From: Clostridia bacterium
Lineage (GTDB): Bacteria > Bacillota > Clostridia > UBA1212 > UBA1255
Length of the DNA stretch: 39,086 bases
Direction: 5' to 3'
Assembly: GCA_017560225.1 (NCBI GenBank)
Contig: JAFYOJ010000006.1
Span: forward strand, 1 to 39,086
Shown here in pieces: positions 1 through 9,686 of this stretch; position 1 is the first letter of the stretch, and each line of letters begins with the position of its first letter. The position numbers were made by a program, and so were the translations under genes. Below the pieces are notes generated by a model, which made no database searches, had not been told where the DNA came from, and saw only the letters and a program-made list of their open reading frames with translations.

Positions 1-2077
1 AAGACAAACCCGGAATCAACTCCCGAAGATGTTCCACTTCTTTCTTACACCAAAGAAATCCTGCGCGGTCATTCTCACAGGTCACTTGTACACTGCATAC
101 GGTACAATAGGGAGGATACCAAAGATTCTCCCGAATTACAATCTCGTTTTGGTAGAATTCTCGATAATCGTGGTTTTGGGCAGCCGAAATAGCGTAGTTA
201 TCCACATCGTAGGCCTGCACAACCACATGACCTGCCGTTTTACCTCGACCTGCTCGTCCTGCCACTTGCGTCAGCAATTGGAATGCTCTTTCTTCCCCCC
301 GATACTCCGGACTATTTAAAATGCCGTCTGTATTCAGCACGCCCACCAACGTAACGCCGGGGAAATCGTGACCTTTCGTCACCATTTGCGTACCCACCAA
401 GAAATGCACATCTCCCGTGGAGAATTCTTTCAAAATCTTTCCGTGGCCATCCTTTCCCAGTGTGGTATCCGCATCCATTCGAAGTACGTTAGCTTCCGGG
501 AAAAGGCGTTTAATTTCCTGTACCACCCGTTCTGTACCAATTCCCTTGTACTCTAAATAAGGACTTCCGCAAGCCGGACAGGTAGCAGGGGCCTGGGCCG
601 TATTCCCGCAGTAGTGACAAATCAAACGGTTGCCGGATGCGTGATAGGTCATGGGAATATTACATTTCCCACACTTCATGGTTCTGCCGCAATCTCTGCA
701 TAGCAGTCCGGAGGCATAACCACGTCTTCCCACAAAGATCAACGTTTGCAAACCCTGTTGGTAGTTGTACCGCATCCGCTGTAACAATTCCCCGCTAAAA
801 ATAGGGATACAGCCTGCATTGCGAATTTCTTCCCGCATATCCACCACAGAAACAGTGGGCAAAGGTCGATCCATAGCCCGTTTAGGCAGCGGCAAATACT
901 GAACAGCACCGACTTGCGCCCTATGATATACAGAAACATCCGGCGTAGCCGAACCCAACACCACAACACCGTGGTCTTTACAACGTATTGTTGCCACGTC
1001 CTTTGCGTGATACTTCATACCCGCATCTTCCGCCTGGTAGGAGTGGTCATGAAATTCATCCAAAATGACTAAATCCACCTCGGAGAAAGGAGCAAATACA
1101 GCAGATCGGGCACCTACCACAATCTGTACGTCGCCCTGTTCAATTCGACGCCATTCCCGCACCCGTTGTACGTCCGTGAGACGGCTATGTAATACCGCAA
1201 TACGGTTTCCAAATCGGGCGGCAAAAAGGGACAACAACTGGGGCGTCAAAGAAATTTCCGGCACCAACATAATGGTATTGCCGCCGCGAGACACCACCCG
1301 GTCAATGAGTTGCATATACACTTCGGTCTTTCCGCTTCCCGTAACGCCGTGTAACAAAAACACCTCTGGTTTACCCGCCACCATAGCTTGCTCAATGCAG
1401 TCAAAAGCCGTTTGTTGCGCTTCATTAAGTACATGGGGCGCATACACCGGCATTTGCAACTTTGTACCGGGCAACGCATCCTGTGCAGCATCCGGATCCA
1501 CCCGTTCTCGGAATGTGGTTACAATGCCTTTCTTCTCTAAAGTACGGATGGCAGAATCACTGCAGCCCGCTTCATGAATCAAATTGGCTACCGGAATGGG
1601 CTTTTGTACTTCTAATAGAATTTCCAAAATGCGAATCTGCCCAATATTTCGAATAAGCCCTTGCTCCAAAGCATTTCGAATCTCCGTTTCCGGTTGATTT
1701 AGTTTGCAAATGCGCATCATCTTTCCGATTTCATTCTTCTTCCCCCGATAGGGACGCACACAGCGAATAGCATCGCCCAACGTACACAAATAATACGCTT
1801 GCAAACGCTGGCAAAGATCCTGTTCTTGCTCGTTTAAAGGAGGTGTTTCGGAATCCACTTCCAAAATCGTTTTGAGACAATAACCGGTCTGAGAAGGCAG
1901 ATTCTCCTCTGTTTCCCAAACAACGGCTTCCCTGGGGGTGTTCTTAGGTCCGAAAGGCACCCAGACAAAAGTACCCCGCACCAAGGGTACGGCCGTTTCC
2001 GACTCTCCGGGTGCGAGGTAAGTGTACAAAATATCATATTCCCGATTGCTTTCCAGCAGATAAACCTGAACCTTCAT
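1..2077 (-). CDS. priA: Primosomal protein N' (replication restart helicase); 3' end runs off the window
   Basis: Hand translation from ATG at 2077 (MKVQVYLLES...) stays open to the window edge. Contains Walker A LHGVTGSGKTEVY, MLVPEISLTPQ, VVGARSAVFAP, ILDEFHD, the Cys-rich Zn region (CRDC...CGKC...CHYC...CPAC), GTQMVTKGHDFP and QVAGRAGR. Probably missing from the ORF track because there is no stop in the window. Confidence 0.95.
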   Translation of the reverse strand, partial: MKVQVYLLESNREYDILYTYLAPGESETAVPLVRGTFVWVPFGPKNTPREAVVWETEENLPSQTGYCLKTILEVDSETPPLNEQEQDLCQRLQAYYLCTLGDAIRCVRPYRGKKNEIGKMMRICKLNQPETEIRNALEQGLIRNIGQIRILEILLEVQKPIPVANLIHEAGCSDSAIRTLEKKGIVTTFRERVDPDAAQDALPGTKLQMPVYAPHVLNEAQQTAFDCIEQAMVAGKPEVFLLHGVTGSGKTEVYMQLIDRVVSRGGNTIMLVPEISLTPQLLSLFAARFGNRIAVLHSRLTDVQRVREWRRIEQGDVQIVVGARSAVFAPFSEVDLVILDEFHDHSYQAEDAGMKYHAKDVATIRCKDHGVVVLGSATPDVSVYHRAQVGAVQYLPLPKRAMDRPLPTVSVVDMREEIRNAGCIPIFSGELLQRMRYNYQQGLQTLIFVGRRGYASGLLCRDCGRTMKCGKCNIPMTYHASGNRLICHYCGNTAQAPATCPACGSPYLEYKGIGTERVVQEIKRLFPEANVLRMDADTTLGKDGHGKILKEFSTGDVHFLVGTQMVTKGHDFPGVTLVGVLNTDGILNSPEYRGEERAFQLLTQVAGRAGRGKTAGHVVVQAYDVDNYAISAAQNHDYREFYQNEIVIRENLWYPPYCTVCSVQVTCENDRAGFLWCKKEVEHLRELIPGLS

Positions 2078-2098
2078 ACGCGTGCGGGAAAATCCTCC

Positions 2099-2506
2099 TT
2101 ACACGTAAGGTGCAATGAAGTCGGGAATGTTGTTCTCATCTCCATTGATACTGATATAGAAGTGTACATTGTGTTCTTTAGAAATCTTGGCAATGCCTTC
2201 AAAGAAATTCTTCATAGAGTCAATACCCTGGTGTACGATATAGGTGAGACCGTCAATAAAAATGGTTTCGATATCATAGTTCTGAGAAGCGACACCGCAA
2301 AGGAAACCAAGGAACGGCTCTGCACCGGATACCGGGTAATCCAAAATATTGATAAAGCGAATTTTGTGGGACAACTTCACCATCAATTCGTTACTATCGT
2401 CAATGTAAACCACATTGCCGTTGCTCTGAGTGACGATGGCGTTTGCATTCTCAAGCATTTGCTTTGTCTTGCCCATACCCTTTTTCCCGTAGAAAACTTT
2501 AATCAT
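2099..2506 (-). CDS. Small conserved P-loop (ATP-binding-like) protein of Clostridia, function unknown
   Basis: GKKGMGKT P-loop near the N-terminus and IFIDGL Walker-B-like motif; GGAGG RBS upstream of ATG 2506. Confidence 0.7.
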   Translation of the reverse strand: MIKVFYGKKGMGKTKQMLENANAIVTQSNGNVVYIDDSNELMVKLSHKIRFINILDYPVSGAEPFLGFLCGVASQNYDIETIFIDGLTYIVHQGIDSMKNFFEGIAKISKEHNVHFYISINGDENNIPDFIAPYV

Positions 2507-2545
2507 CGATACCGCCTCCAAATATGTTTTTAATTATTTGTTCAC

Positions 2546-2574
2546 ATTTTACCACGATTTCCATAGAAATTCAA
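2546..2574 (-). promoter_or_regulatory. SigA-type promoter for the P-loop gene and priA
   Basis: Minus strand TTGAAT-17 nt-TAAAAT with extended TG (TGGTAAAAT). Confidence 0.55.
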
Positions 2575-2599
2575 TATAGGGAGGCGATATTTCTAAAAA

Positions 2600-3184
2600 T
2601 TATTTTCCGGGAAGCAACACCGGTTGCAGCTGTTTTCCGGCGAGGGCAAAAGACAGCGTTTCCCCCAACAAATTAAAGTCCGCCACCAAGGAGAACGGCT
2701 TTTTCTGACAGTCATCTTGGCCGAACGGTACGAAATAATAATTCTTCATGGAAAGCAAAAGGCCAATGTTCTTGGCACTTCCCGAAAGGCCGTCATTGGT
2801 AGACACAGCCAGCACCAAAGGACGGTTGTTTCGAAGATGGGATTTCGCCGCCATCAAAACCGGCGTATCCGTAATGGAGTTGGCTAATTTCGCCAACGTA
2901 TTGCCGGTACAAGGAACAATGGCCACCGCATCAAATAACTTCTTAGGACCAATGGGTTCCGCATCTTTAATGGTACAAATAGGCTCATGGCCGCTGATTG
3001 CAATGGATCGCTCAATCAGTTCTGTATTGGCCATAAACCGGGTGCTCATTTCCGAACTGTTGTAGGATAAAATAGGATAGACATCCGCACCCCTTTTCAC
3101 CAGGTCTTCCATTGCTTGCAGCGATGCCCGATGTGTACAAAAAGATCCGGTCACCGCAAAACCCACGCGCATCCCCTCAAGCAT
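2600..3184 (-). CDS. dpaB: Dipicolinate synthase subunit B (SpoVFB)
   Basis: GFAVTGSFCT, AEPIGPKK, PCTGNTLAKLA, MAAKSHLRN, FVPFGQDD motifs; directly downstream of dpaA. Confidence 0.95.
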   Translation of the reverse strand: MLEGMRVGFAVTGSFCTHRASLQAMEDLVKRGADVYPILSYNSSEMSTRFMANTELIERSIAISGHEPICTIKDAEPIGPKKLFDAVAIVPCTGNTLAKLANSITDTPVLMAAKSHLRNNRPLVLAVSTNDGLSGSAKNIGLLLSMKNYYFVPFGQDDCQKKPFSLVADFNLLGETLSFALAGKQLQPVLLPGK

Positions 3185-4067
3185 GCCCCATCACCTCTTT
3201 CTCTTTCTCCGCAATGATGTTAAAAATCACCGACAGCATATTCTCTGCCGCTGTCACCGGCGCCACTTTTCCCGGCAGAGAAAGGGCTTTAATCACTCGA
3301 ATTTCCAATTCTTGCGCTGCTTCCAAATCCACACCTCCCGGATTCGAGGCTACGTCAATGAGTAAACAATTCTTGGGCAACCGTTCCAAAATCCCTCTGG
3401 ATACCACCTGTTTGGGGACCGTATTATAGAAAAGAGAAATTTTAGGAAGAACATCATACACATTCTCATAGCTGCAAGGTTGTATGCCGGAGGCCTTGGC
3501 AAAAGCCATATCTTTTGGGCTGCGCACACAGACGTACACGTTGGCACCCAAAGCTTTTAAATCCGTACACAGCGTCTTCCCTACCCGACCATAGCCTGTT
3601 ACTAACACAGAAAGCCCCTGTATGGTCACCGGCAATTCTTCCATGGCAATTTGAATCGCCCCTTCTGCTGTAGGCACTGAATTCAAAATTGCCAAATCAT
3701 CTCGGGCCAGCAAATCTTCCACAACGACCCCCTTCTCTTCCAAAGGTTCCGACACGGAGGGCGGGATGTTACCGGCAATGAAGATTTTTCCTTTTGGAAT
3801 GTTTGCCACCAATTCAGAAAGATTTACTTCTCCTACGTGAAGGGGTGTATTTAAGGTATTTCCATCGGTGGAAAGGGGGACGGGTCCAATTAAAATATCT
3901 CCCATACCGGCAGCCTCTTCTACCGAGGTGCAACGGTTGTATTGAGTACCTGTTTTACCGCCCTCCAACGCGTAGCAAACCACCTGCTGTCCACTTGCCT
4001 CCAGCATTTCTCCCAGGCGACTGCTGCGTAAATCTCCGCCGATCAATGCAAATCTGTATCTGCTCAT
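3177..4067 (-). CDS. dpaA: Dipicolinate synthase subunit A (SpoVFA)
   Basis: IGGDLR start, NSVPTAEGAI, GYGRVG Rossmann motif, DVASNPGGVD, SLPGKVAP; overlaps the dpaB start. Confidence 0.95.
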   Translation of the reverse strand: MSRYRFALIGGDLRSSRLGEMLEASGQQVVCYALEGGKTGTQYNRCTSVEEAAGMGDILIGPVPLSTDGNTLNTPLHVGEVNLSELVANIPKGKIFIAGNIPPSVSEPLEEKGVVVEDLLARDDLAILNSVPTAEGAIQIAMEELPVTIQGLSVLVTGYGRVGKTLCTDLKALGANVYVCVRSPKDMAFAKASGIQPCSYENVYDVLPKISLFYNTVPKQVVSRGILERLPKNCLLIDVASNPGGVDLEAAQELEIRVIKALSLPGKVAPVTAAENMLSVIFNIIAEKEKEVMGHA

Positions 4068-4179
4068 TTTTCGCCTTCTTGACTTTTCTTTCGGTTATTA
4101 TGGTATGCAAGAACGATACATAATTCCACCGCCGCACGCATACCTATACAATATCTATTGGAGAAAGGCGGACAAAAAT

Positions 4180-4995
4180 ATGGATTGGTTACAAGAAGGA
4201 TATTACCCATTGAAAACACCGGAGGGCCGAGAGAACGGCTATCTCTGTTTGAATTTTCTTTCCGAACAACTGGAAATTTTGGTGGTGATAGATCAAGCGC
4301 CGGCCAGTCAAACCGGATTTACAGGGTGCTTTACAACCCATTTGGCGGTAAAAAGAAGCGGCCTGTCTTGGCCTTTTCCGGCTTGTGCCATCCCGGGACG
4401 ATATCGCGGGCGTTGTGCAATGGTAAAGGCTGACCAGGTATTCCCGGAAGGTAGTGTGGATTACACCCTTTTTAACGGCGAAAAGCCGATTGCATCTGCC
4501 GTCCTGTATACGGCGCCGGAGCCCATTTTACAGCCGGAACCGGAGCCGGAACCGAAAATCGAGCCCACAGCAACATACGTGTCGGAGCAGGAAACCGCGG
4601 ATTCTTTGGAAATGCCCCTTTCCTTGACGCCATTCGATCCTTTCAACACCACCAACAATGCGTACGAATGGTGGCTCTGCGGCAGCAATGATGAATTTCA
4701 TCAACTTATGGCACAAACCGGTTTAATTCCCCATCCCCCGTTATACACAGCCTTGCAAAGTGCATTGGTTCGTTTTGGCCACTTTATATTCGGCCGTTAT
4801 ACCGAAGAAAATAACGGACGGAACTTACTGATACTGGGGGTGCCCGGCAGAGAAAATACGGCACAGGAGCCGGGAAACAGTCGGTGGATCAGCGCGCAAA
4901 ATAAAATAACCGGCGTAATGGATTACACCGGCTACAATTTGCATTATTTCGATGGGCAAACAGGGAAAAGCATTCGCGCTATCGTCCGTCAATGA
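4180..4995 (+). CDS. Hypothetical protein with PEPEP linker; C-terminal domain of a conserved clostridial family (possibly DUF6128-like)
   Basis: Long ORF; GAAAGG RBS before ATG 4180; Pro/Glu linker followed by FGHFIFG...LILGVPG. The family call is from recollection only. Confidence 0.6.
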   Translation: MDWLQEGYYPLKTPEGRENGYLCLNFLSEQLEILVVIDQAPASQTGFTGCFTTHLAVKRSGLSWPFPACAIPGRYRGRCAMVKADQVFPEGSVDYTLFNGEKPIASAVLYTAPEPILQPEPEPEPKIEPTATYVSEQETADSLEMPLSLTPFDPFNTTNNAYEWWLCGSNDEFHQLMAQTGLIPHPPLYTALQSALVRFGHFIFGRYTEENNGRNLLILGVPGRENTAQEPGNSRWISAQNKITGVMDYTGYNLHYFDGQTGKSIRAIVRQ

Positions 4996-6398
4996 GCCGC
5001 TGAGTAGCGAAGCTGAATGCTTTCCAAGGTGTCAATCCATCGTTGGAAGGCGTCCTCCGTATCCGTCATAGAAATAGCGTCTTCCTGTGTATAACCCTCT
5101 CGCATCAATTCCGATACTTGGAGAAGTCCGTCTTGAATCGCTCTTTGTAAAGAGTCCCCCACTTCCGCAATAAAGCTTTCACTACCGTAGAACACCGTAC
5201 TATGATAGGTATTTAAGAAAGCGGCTTGGCTGCAGGCTTCTGCATAAACAGAGGCCGCAACCGTACTCGTACTGCGTACGTTGGTATCGGAAACTTTCAT
5301 TTGAAGTTGTGTGTTTTGCAATAAATCTTGATGGACCGGTAAAGATTTACCTTCCGTACAGAATTGGTAAGCAAGTTCATGTTGGTTCATCCAATCCAAG
5401 AAAGAATATGCTTCTGCGTTCAGCGTCGAATCTTGATTTACCACAACCACACCACTTGTATGATGGGGTACTACCACGTAGGAGGTGGTTACGCTGGGAT
5501 ACTGTCTAATTTGCAGTGAAAGCGGTTTGTTCTCGCCCTCCAAGGTTTGATAGGTATCAGAAACCCATCTGGCGGATTCCGTAGAAGCGACGTAGCACAC
5601 CACTTGTTCTTGCTCCATCTGTCGGTTTAAACTGTTTCCGGAAGTGGAAACATAGCCGCGCAAAGCGCCACCGTAGGCAAACTGCCAAATATCTTCCAAT
5701 GTTTCATAATTGAGGACAATACGTACACCTTTTCCACTACTTTGAATAATGGACGACGCATGTTGTTTGGAAACAATCATCAAGTAATCGCCAAAATTCT
5801 CGATGGCAATAAAACTATGGCCCTCGGACCAAGTATAGTAGTCTTTCGCCACTTCATAAATACCGTCCCACGTACGCAAATCGCCTACGTGAAACTGGGA
5901 ATTTTCTTTGCGAAATTCATCAAACAAGCCCGCATTGAGATACAGCACATCTAATGTGGACTGCACAGGGAAAATATACGTATCTCCCCCTAATGTAAAG
6001 CGCCCGCTTTCCAAAAAACCGAAGACATATTTAGATAAAGCCTCGTCGGACAAGTAATCTTCTGCACCCACAATACGACCACTCAAATAGGCCAAACATG
6101 CCGCTTCATCAGAAACTTGCATAATGTTGGGAAGTTTATCCAGGCTTACTTTTGTTAAATTACGGGAGAGTTCTTCCACCGGAGCTTTATAATAAGCAAG
6201 CACGGTCACCCCTCTGTCTTTACCTTGCGTTCGGTTATATTCCGCAACCATTTTCGTAAAAACTTCTGCTTGGGCACCGGTATAAGAGTGCCAGAAACGA
6301 ATTTGGGTACGGTCTTTGGGCATACAAGAAACAAACTGGAAGCATAAAAACCCAACCAGCAAAACCCCAATGCACTGTACCATTACCTTTCGTTTCAT
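4989..6398 (-). CDS. Extracellular solute-binding lipoprotein (sugar ABC SBP family 1-like)
   Basis: Signal peptide with FVSC lipobox, IRFWHSY...FTKMVAEYN, LPNIMQ, LYLNAGLF, TWD, AYSFLDWM. Start is uncertain (6398-6419). Confidence 0.8.
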   Translation of the reverse strand: MKRKVMVQCIGVLLVGFLCFQFVSCMPKDRTQIRFWHSYTGAQAEVFTKMVAEYNRTQGKDRGVTVLAYYKAPVEELSRNLTKVSLDKLPNIMQVSDEAACLAYLSGRIVGAEDYLSDEALSKYVFGFLESGRFTLGGDTYIFPVQSTLDVLYLNAGLFDEFRKENSQFHVGDLRTWDGIYEVAKDYYTWSEGHSFIAIENFGDYLMIVSKQHASSIIQSSGKGVRIVLNYETLEDIWQFAYGGALRGYVSTSGNSLNRQMEQEQVVCYVASTESARWVSDTYQTLEGENKPLSLQIRQYPSVTTSYVVVPHHTSGVVVVNQDSTLNAEAYSFLDWMNQHELAYQFCTEGKSLPVHQDLLQNTQLQMKVSDTNVRSTSTVAASVYAEACSQAAFLNTYHSTVFYGSESFIAEVGDSLQRAIQDGLLQVSELMREGYTQEDAISMTDTEDAFQRWIDTLESIQLRYSAAH

Positions 6399-6492
6399 AC
6401 TCACAAGCACAAACCCCAATTAAATGTAATATCATTTTCATTATATCATTCCAATCAACCAATGAAAGTAAATTGTTTTTGAACATTTAGAA

Positions 6493-6524
6493 AAGGCCGA
6501 GAATCACATGGGATTCTCAGCCTT
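6493..6524 (-). terminator. Rho-independent terminator after spoVS
   Basis: AAGGCCGAGAATC-6 nt-GATTCTCAGCCTT stem, followed by a T-run on the minus strand. Confidence 0.7.
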
Positions 6525-6549
6525 CTGCACAATATCAAAACTTTCCTGA

Positions 6550-6831
6550 TCAGCTGTTACAGGGTACTAAATCAATTTCCTCTATATGAAATTTCATCGC
6601 GGTACGTTCTTCTCCGTCAATATAAATATCGGAAAATGCAGGGGCACAAATGACATCCTTTCCGGACGGCGCCAGATAACCTCTCGAAATAGCAATTGCC
6701 TTCATAGTTTGGTTAATAGCACCTGCACCGATTGCTTGAAGCTCGGCCCCACCCTCTTCGCGAATAACACCCGCAAGGGCTCCTGCCACTAAATTCGGGT
6801 TTGATTTTGATGATACTCGTAATACGTCCAT
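6550..6831 (-). CDS. spoVS: Stage V sporulation protein S
   Basis: MDVLRVSSKSNPNLVAGALAG...QAIGAGAINQ...IDGEERTA; AAGGAGG RBS; canonical rny-ymdB-spoVS order. Confidence 0.95.
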   Translation of the reverse strand: MDVLRVSSKSNPNLVAGALAGVIREEGGAELQAIGAGAINQTMKAIAISRGYLAPSGKDVICAPAFSDIYIDGEERTAMKFHIEEIDLVPCNS

Positions 6832-6959
6832 CTTGACTTCCTCCTTGGTAAATATTTTTTGCAAGTAAAATCATAAACCTTACCAAAGAAAAAATCTATT
6901 ATTTCCCACTGTATAACGTCGCTCCACGAGGCGAAAAACCAGTCGGAAAGCCAGAAGTA

Positions 6960-6988
6960 AAGCCCTCTGAAAATTTTCAGAGGGCTTG
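6960..6988 (-). terminator. Hairpin terminator after ymdB
   Basis: Perfect stem AAGCCCTCTGAA...TTCAGAGGGCTT just downstream of the ymdB stop. Confidence 0.75.
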
Positions 6989-7000
6989 TTTAACACAAAA

Positions 7001-7774
7001 TTATTTCCCGGAAATTCGGGTGATATTTGTAGCTTTGCCGGTAGCTTCATCGATTTCAATCACAACACCGTGGAGAGTTGCCGGCCCCTTTGAAGGTTCA
7101 AATCGTACCGGTACACATTTTACAAACTTATTGACTACGTTTCTGCGATCCATACCAATGACGCCATCCGTAGGTCCCGTCATACCCACGTCGGTGATGT
7201 AGGCCATCCCGCCGTCTAATATGCGTTCATCCGCAGTCTGTACATGGGTGTGGGTTCCCACGATCGCCGAAGCTTTTCCTTGAAGATAGTAGGCAAGGGC
7301 AATTTTCTCCGCACTGGCTTCCGCGTGGAAGTCAATGAAGATATTAGGCGTTTCCTGCCGAAGCGCTTCCACCTCATGCATAGCATAGGTAAAAGGGTTC
7401 TCACAAGGCTCCATATATACTCTGCCTTGGATATTCAACACCGCCAATTTCATCCCCTGATCATTCTCCAGAATAATACTACCTCGTCCGGGAAGACCTT
7501 CTGCAAAATTCGCCGGACGAATAATGGGATAATCGTCAATAATAGAATTGATTTCATAATTGCCCCAGGTGTGGTTGCCCATGGTGATGCAATCCGCGCC
7601 CGCCGCTAAGAGTTCATCGGCAGAATCCATACCAATTCCACGGCCATGGGTGGTATTCTCCCCATTTACAATACAAAAATCAATTCGGTATTCCTTGCGC
7701 AGCTCCGGAATCATACGAATAGCTAAATCCCGACCACTCTTTCCAAAAATATCGCCAATAAATAAAATTCGCAT
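7001..7774 (-). CDS. ymdB: YmdB-like metallophosphoesterase (2',3'-cyclic nucleotide phosphodiesterase, TIGR00282 family)
   Basis: MRILFIGDIFG, NGEN, TMGNH, DFHAEA..EK, GTHTHVQTAD, TDVGMTGP; lies between rny and spoVS; RBS AGAAAGG before ATG 7774. Confidence 0.93.
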   Translation of the reverse strand: MRILFIGDIFGKSGRDLAIRMIPELRKEYRIDFCIVNGENTTHGRGIGMDSADELLAAGADCITMGNHTWGNYEINSIIDDYPIIRPANFAEGLPGRGSIILENDQGMKLAVLNIQGRVYMEPCENPFTYAMHEVEALRQETPNIFIDFHAEASAEKIALAYYLQGKASAIVGTHTHVQTADERILDGGMAYITDVGMTGPTDGVIGMDRRNVVNKFVKCVPVRFEPSKGPATLHGVVIEIDEATGKATNITRISGK

Positions 7775-7790
7775 CGTTGTCGCCTTTCTA

Positions 7791-7869
7791 TTTTGGGCGT
7801 ATACAAAAATTTCCTCTCCTACGCCCAAAAATTGGGCGTATACAAAATTTTTTCTCTCCTACGCCCAAA
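7791..7869. repeat. Two tandem ~39-nt units, each bounded by inverted repeats TTGGGCGTA...TACGCCCAA
   Basis: Unit 1: GGGCGTA (7795-7801), 18 nt, TACGCCC (7820-7826). Unit 2: GGGCGTA (7834-7840), 19 nt, TACGCCC (7860-7866). The inner sequences are nearly identical. Confidence 0.9.
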
Positions 7870-7879
7870 CCTTCTTATA

Positions 7880-7915
7880 AAAAACTGCCGCAGCCATCAA
7901 CGTGCCGCGGCAGCT
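7880..7915 (-). terminator. Probable terminator after rny
   Basis: CTGCCGC...GCGGCAG stem with TTTTT immediately 3' on the minus strand. Confidence 0.6.
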
Positions 7916-7932
7916 TCATCACTTCATTACAA

Positions 7933-9513
7933 TTACTTTGCGTAATCTACTGTTCTGGTCTCACGAATCATGGTCACCTTGATCTGTCCGGGATATTCCA
8001 TTTCTTCTTCGATCTTCTTCACAATCTCACGAGCCTGCAATACCATACCGTCGTCGGAAATGCAATTGGGCTTTACCATAATGCGAATTTCACGACCCGC
8101 CTGGATTGCGAAAGTCTTCTCAACGCCGTCAAAGGAGTTTGCAATTTCTTCCAACTTCTCAAGACGCTTGATGTAGTTCTCCAAGCTTTCTCTTCTTGCA
8201 CCGGGACGAGCTGCAGAGATTGCATCTGCGGCCTGTACCAACACAGCGATAATGGACTCGGGCTCTACGTCACCGTGGTGTGCCAGAATAGAGTTCACAA
8301 CAATCGGAGATTCCTTGTACTTCTTGGCAACTTCTCCGCCAATTTCAATATGAGAACCTTCCATTTCAAAGTCAATTGCCTTACCAATATCGTGAATCAA
8401 ACCTGCACGCTTTGCCATCGCAACGTCAACACCAAGTTCTGCTGCCATAATACCGCAAAGTCTGGAAACTTCGATGGAGTGAATCAAAACACTCTGGCCA
8501 TAACTGGTTCTGTATTTCAAGCGACCCAACAGCTTCACAATTTCAGAATGTAAACCGTATACGCCGGTTTCGTAGGTTGCGTTCTCGCCTTCCTGACGAA
8601 TGACTGCATCCACTTCTTTCTTAGCCTTCTCCACCATTTCTTCAATGCGAGCCGGATGGATACGACCATCTACGATCAACTTCTCCAGGGCAATTCTTGC
8701 CACCTCACGGCGAACCGGATCGTATCCGGAAAGAATAACAGACTCCGGTGTGTCATCGATAATCAAGTCAATGCCGGTCAATGTTTCTAAGGTACGAATG
8801 TTACGACCTTCACGACCGATAATACGACCCTTCATATCATCATTGGGGATCTGTACCACGGAGATTGTCGCCTCAGAAACATAGTCCGCTGCACATCTCT
8901 GAATCGCAGTAGAAAGAATCTCTCGAGCGCGCTCAGCGGACTCATCCTTAAGCTTGCTCTCGTACTCTTTCATCAAAGTTACAGTTTCGTGTTGAAGCTC
9001 ATTCTCCAACGTGCTCAGCAAGCAAGCCTTCGCTTCTTCACGGCTCATACCGGAAATGCGCTCTAACTCTGTAATCTGACGGTCCAAATTCTCCTTGATA
9101 GCCTCTTCGCTCTTGGCAAGTGCGGAGGCACGTTCATTCATCTGCTCCTCGCGTTGCTCTAAGAATTCCAATTTCTTATCCAGACTCTCTTCTTTCTGGA
9201 TCAATCGGCGTTCGCTCCGCTGAAGCTCATTTCTGCGCTCTTTGATTTCTCTGTCAAAATCAATACGACTTTTGTGTATTTCTTCTTTTGCTGCAAGCAG
9301 GAATTCCCGCTTCTTATTCTCGCCTTCCTTAACAGCATCGGCAATCAAACGCTTTCCTTCGGCTTCTGCACTTCCGAAAGCGGCCTCTGCTTCTGCTTTT
9401 CTGGCTTCATAACCTTTGGCAAGAAATTTCTTCTTGGCAATGTTGTGTACAATAATACACGCAATAATCGCTACGACAATCAAAGAGGCTGCAACAATAA
9501 TCGTTTCAAACAT
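7933..9513 (-). CDS. rny: Ribonuclease Y
   Basis: N-terminal TM helix, coiled coil, KH motif [27 protein letters not shown] domain [28 protein letters not shown]. Confidence 0.97.
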   Translation of the reverse strand: MFETIIVAASLIVVAIIACIIVHNIAKKKFLAKGYEARKAEAEAAFGSAEAEGKRLIADAVKEGENKKREFLLAAKEEIHKSRIDFDREIKERRNELQRSERRLIQKEESLDKKLEFLEQREEQMNERASALAKSEEAIKENLDRQITELERISGMSREEAKACLLSTLENELQHETVTLMKEYESKLKDESAERAREILSTAIQRCAADYVSEATISVVQIPNDDMKGRIIGREGRNIRTLETLTGIDLIIDDTPESVILSGYDPVRREVARIALEKLIVDGRIHPARIEEMVEKAKKEVDAVIRQEGENATYETGVYGLHSEIVKLLGRLKYRTSYGQSVLIHSIEVSRLCGIMAAELGVDVAMAKRAGLIHDIGKAIDFEMEGSHIEIGGEVAKKYKESPIVVNSILAHHGDVEPESIIAVLVQAADAISAARPGARRESLENYIKRLEKLEEIANSFDGVEKTFAIQAGREIRIMVKPNCISDDGMVLQAREIVKKIEEEMEYPGQIKVTMIRETRTVDYAK

Positions 9514-9610
9514 GTTTACCACCCTCTGTTTATTAAATTGTCAAAGTATATCCAAATCTATAGAATGTATAACACATCAATAAAAATGCATAAAACTTAC
9601 AAACGCCTAC

Positions 9611-9639
9611 ATTGTACACAATATATAGGGCTTTGTCAA
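9611..9639 (-). promoter_or_regulatory. SigA promoter of rny
   Basis: Minus strand TTGACA-17 nt-TACAAT. Confidence 0.75.
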
Positions 9640-9686
9640 GGCAAAATCCGTGCATTTTTCACTAAAAAAGCGGGTATACTACGCGT

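Noticed and set aside
1-2077. Apparent gene desert or pseudogene with many short ORFs
   Set aside because: Hand translation gives one continuous priA frame with no stop inside the window; the short ORFs are shadows.
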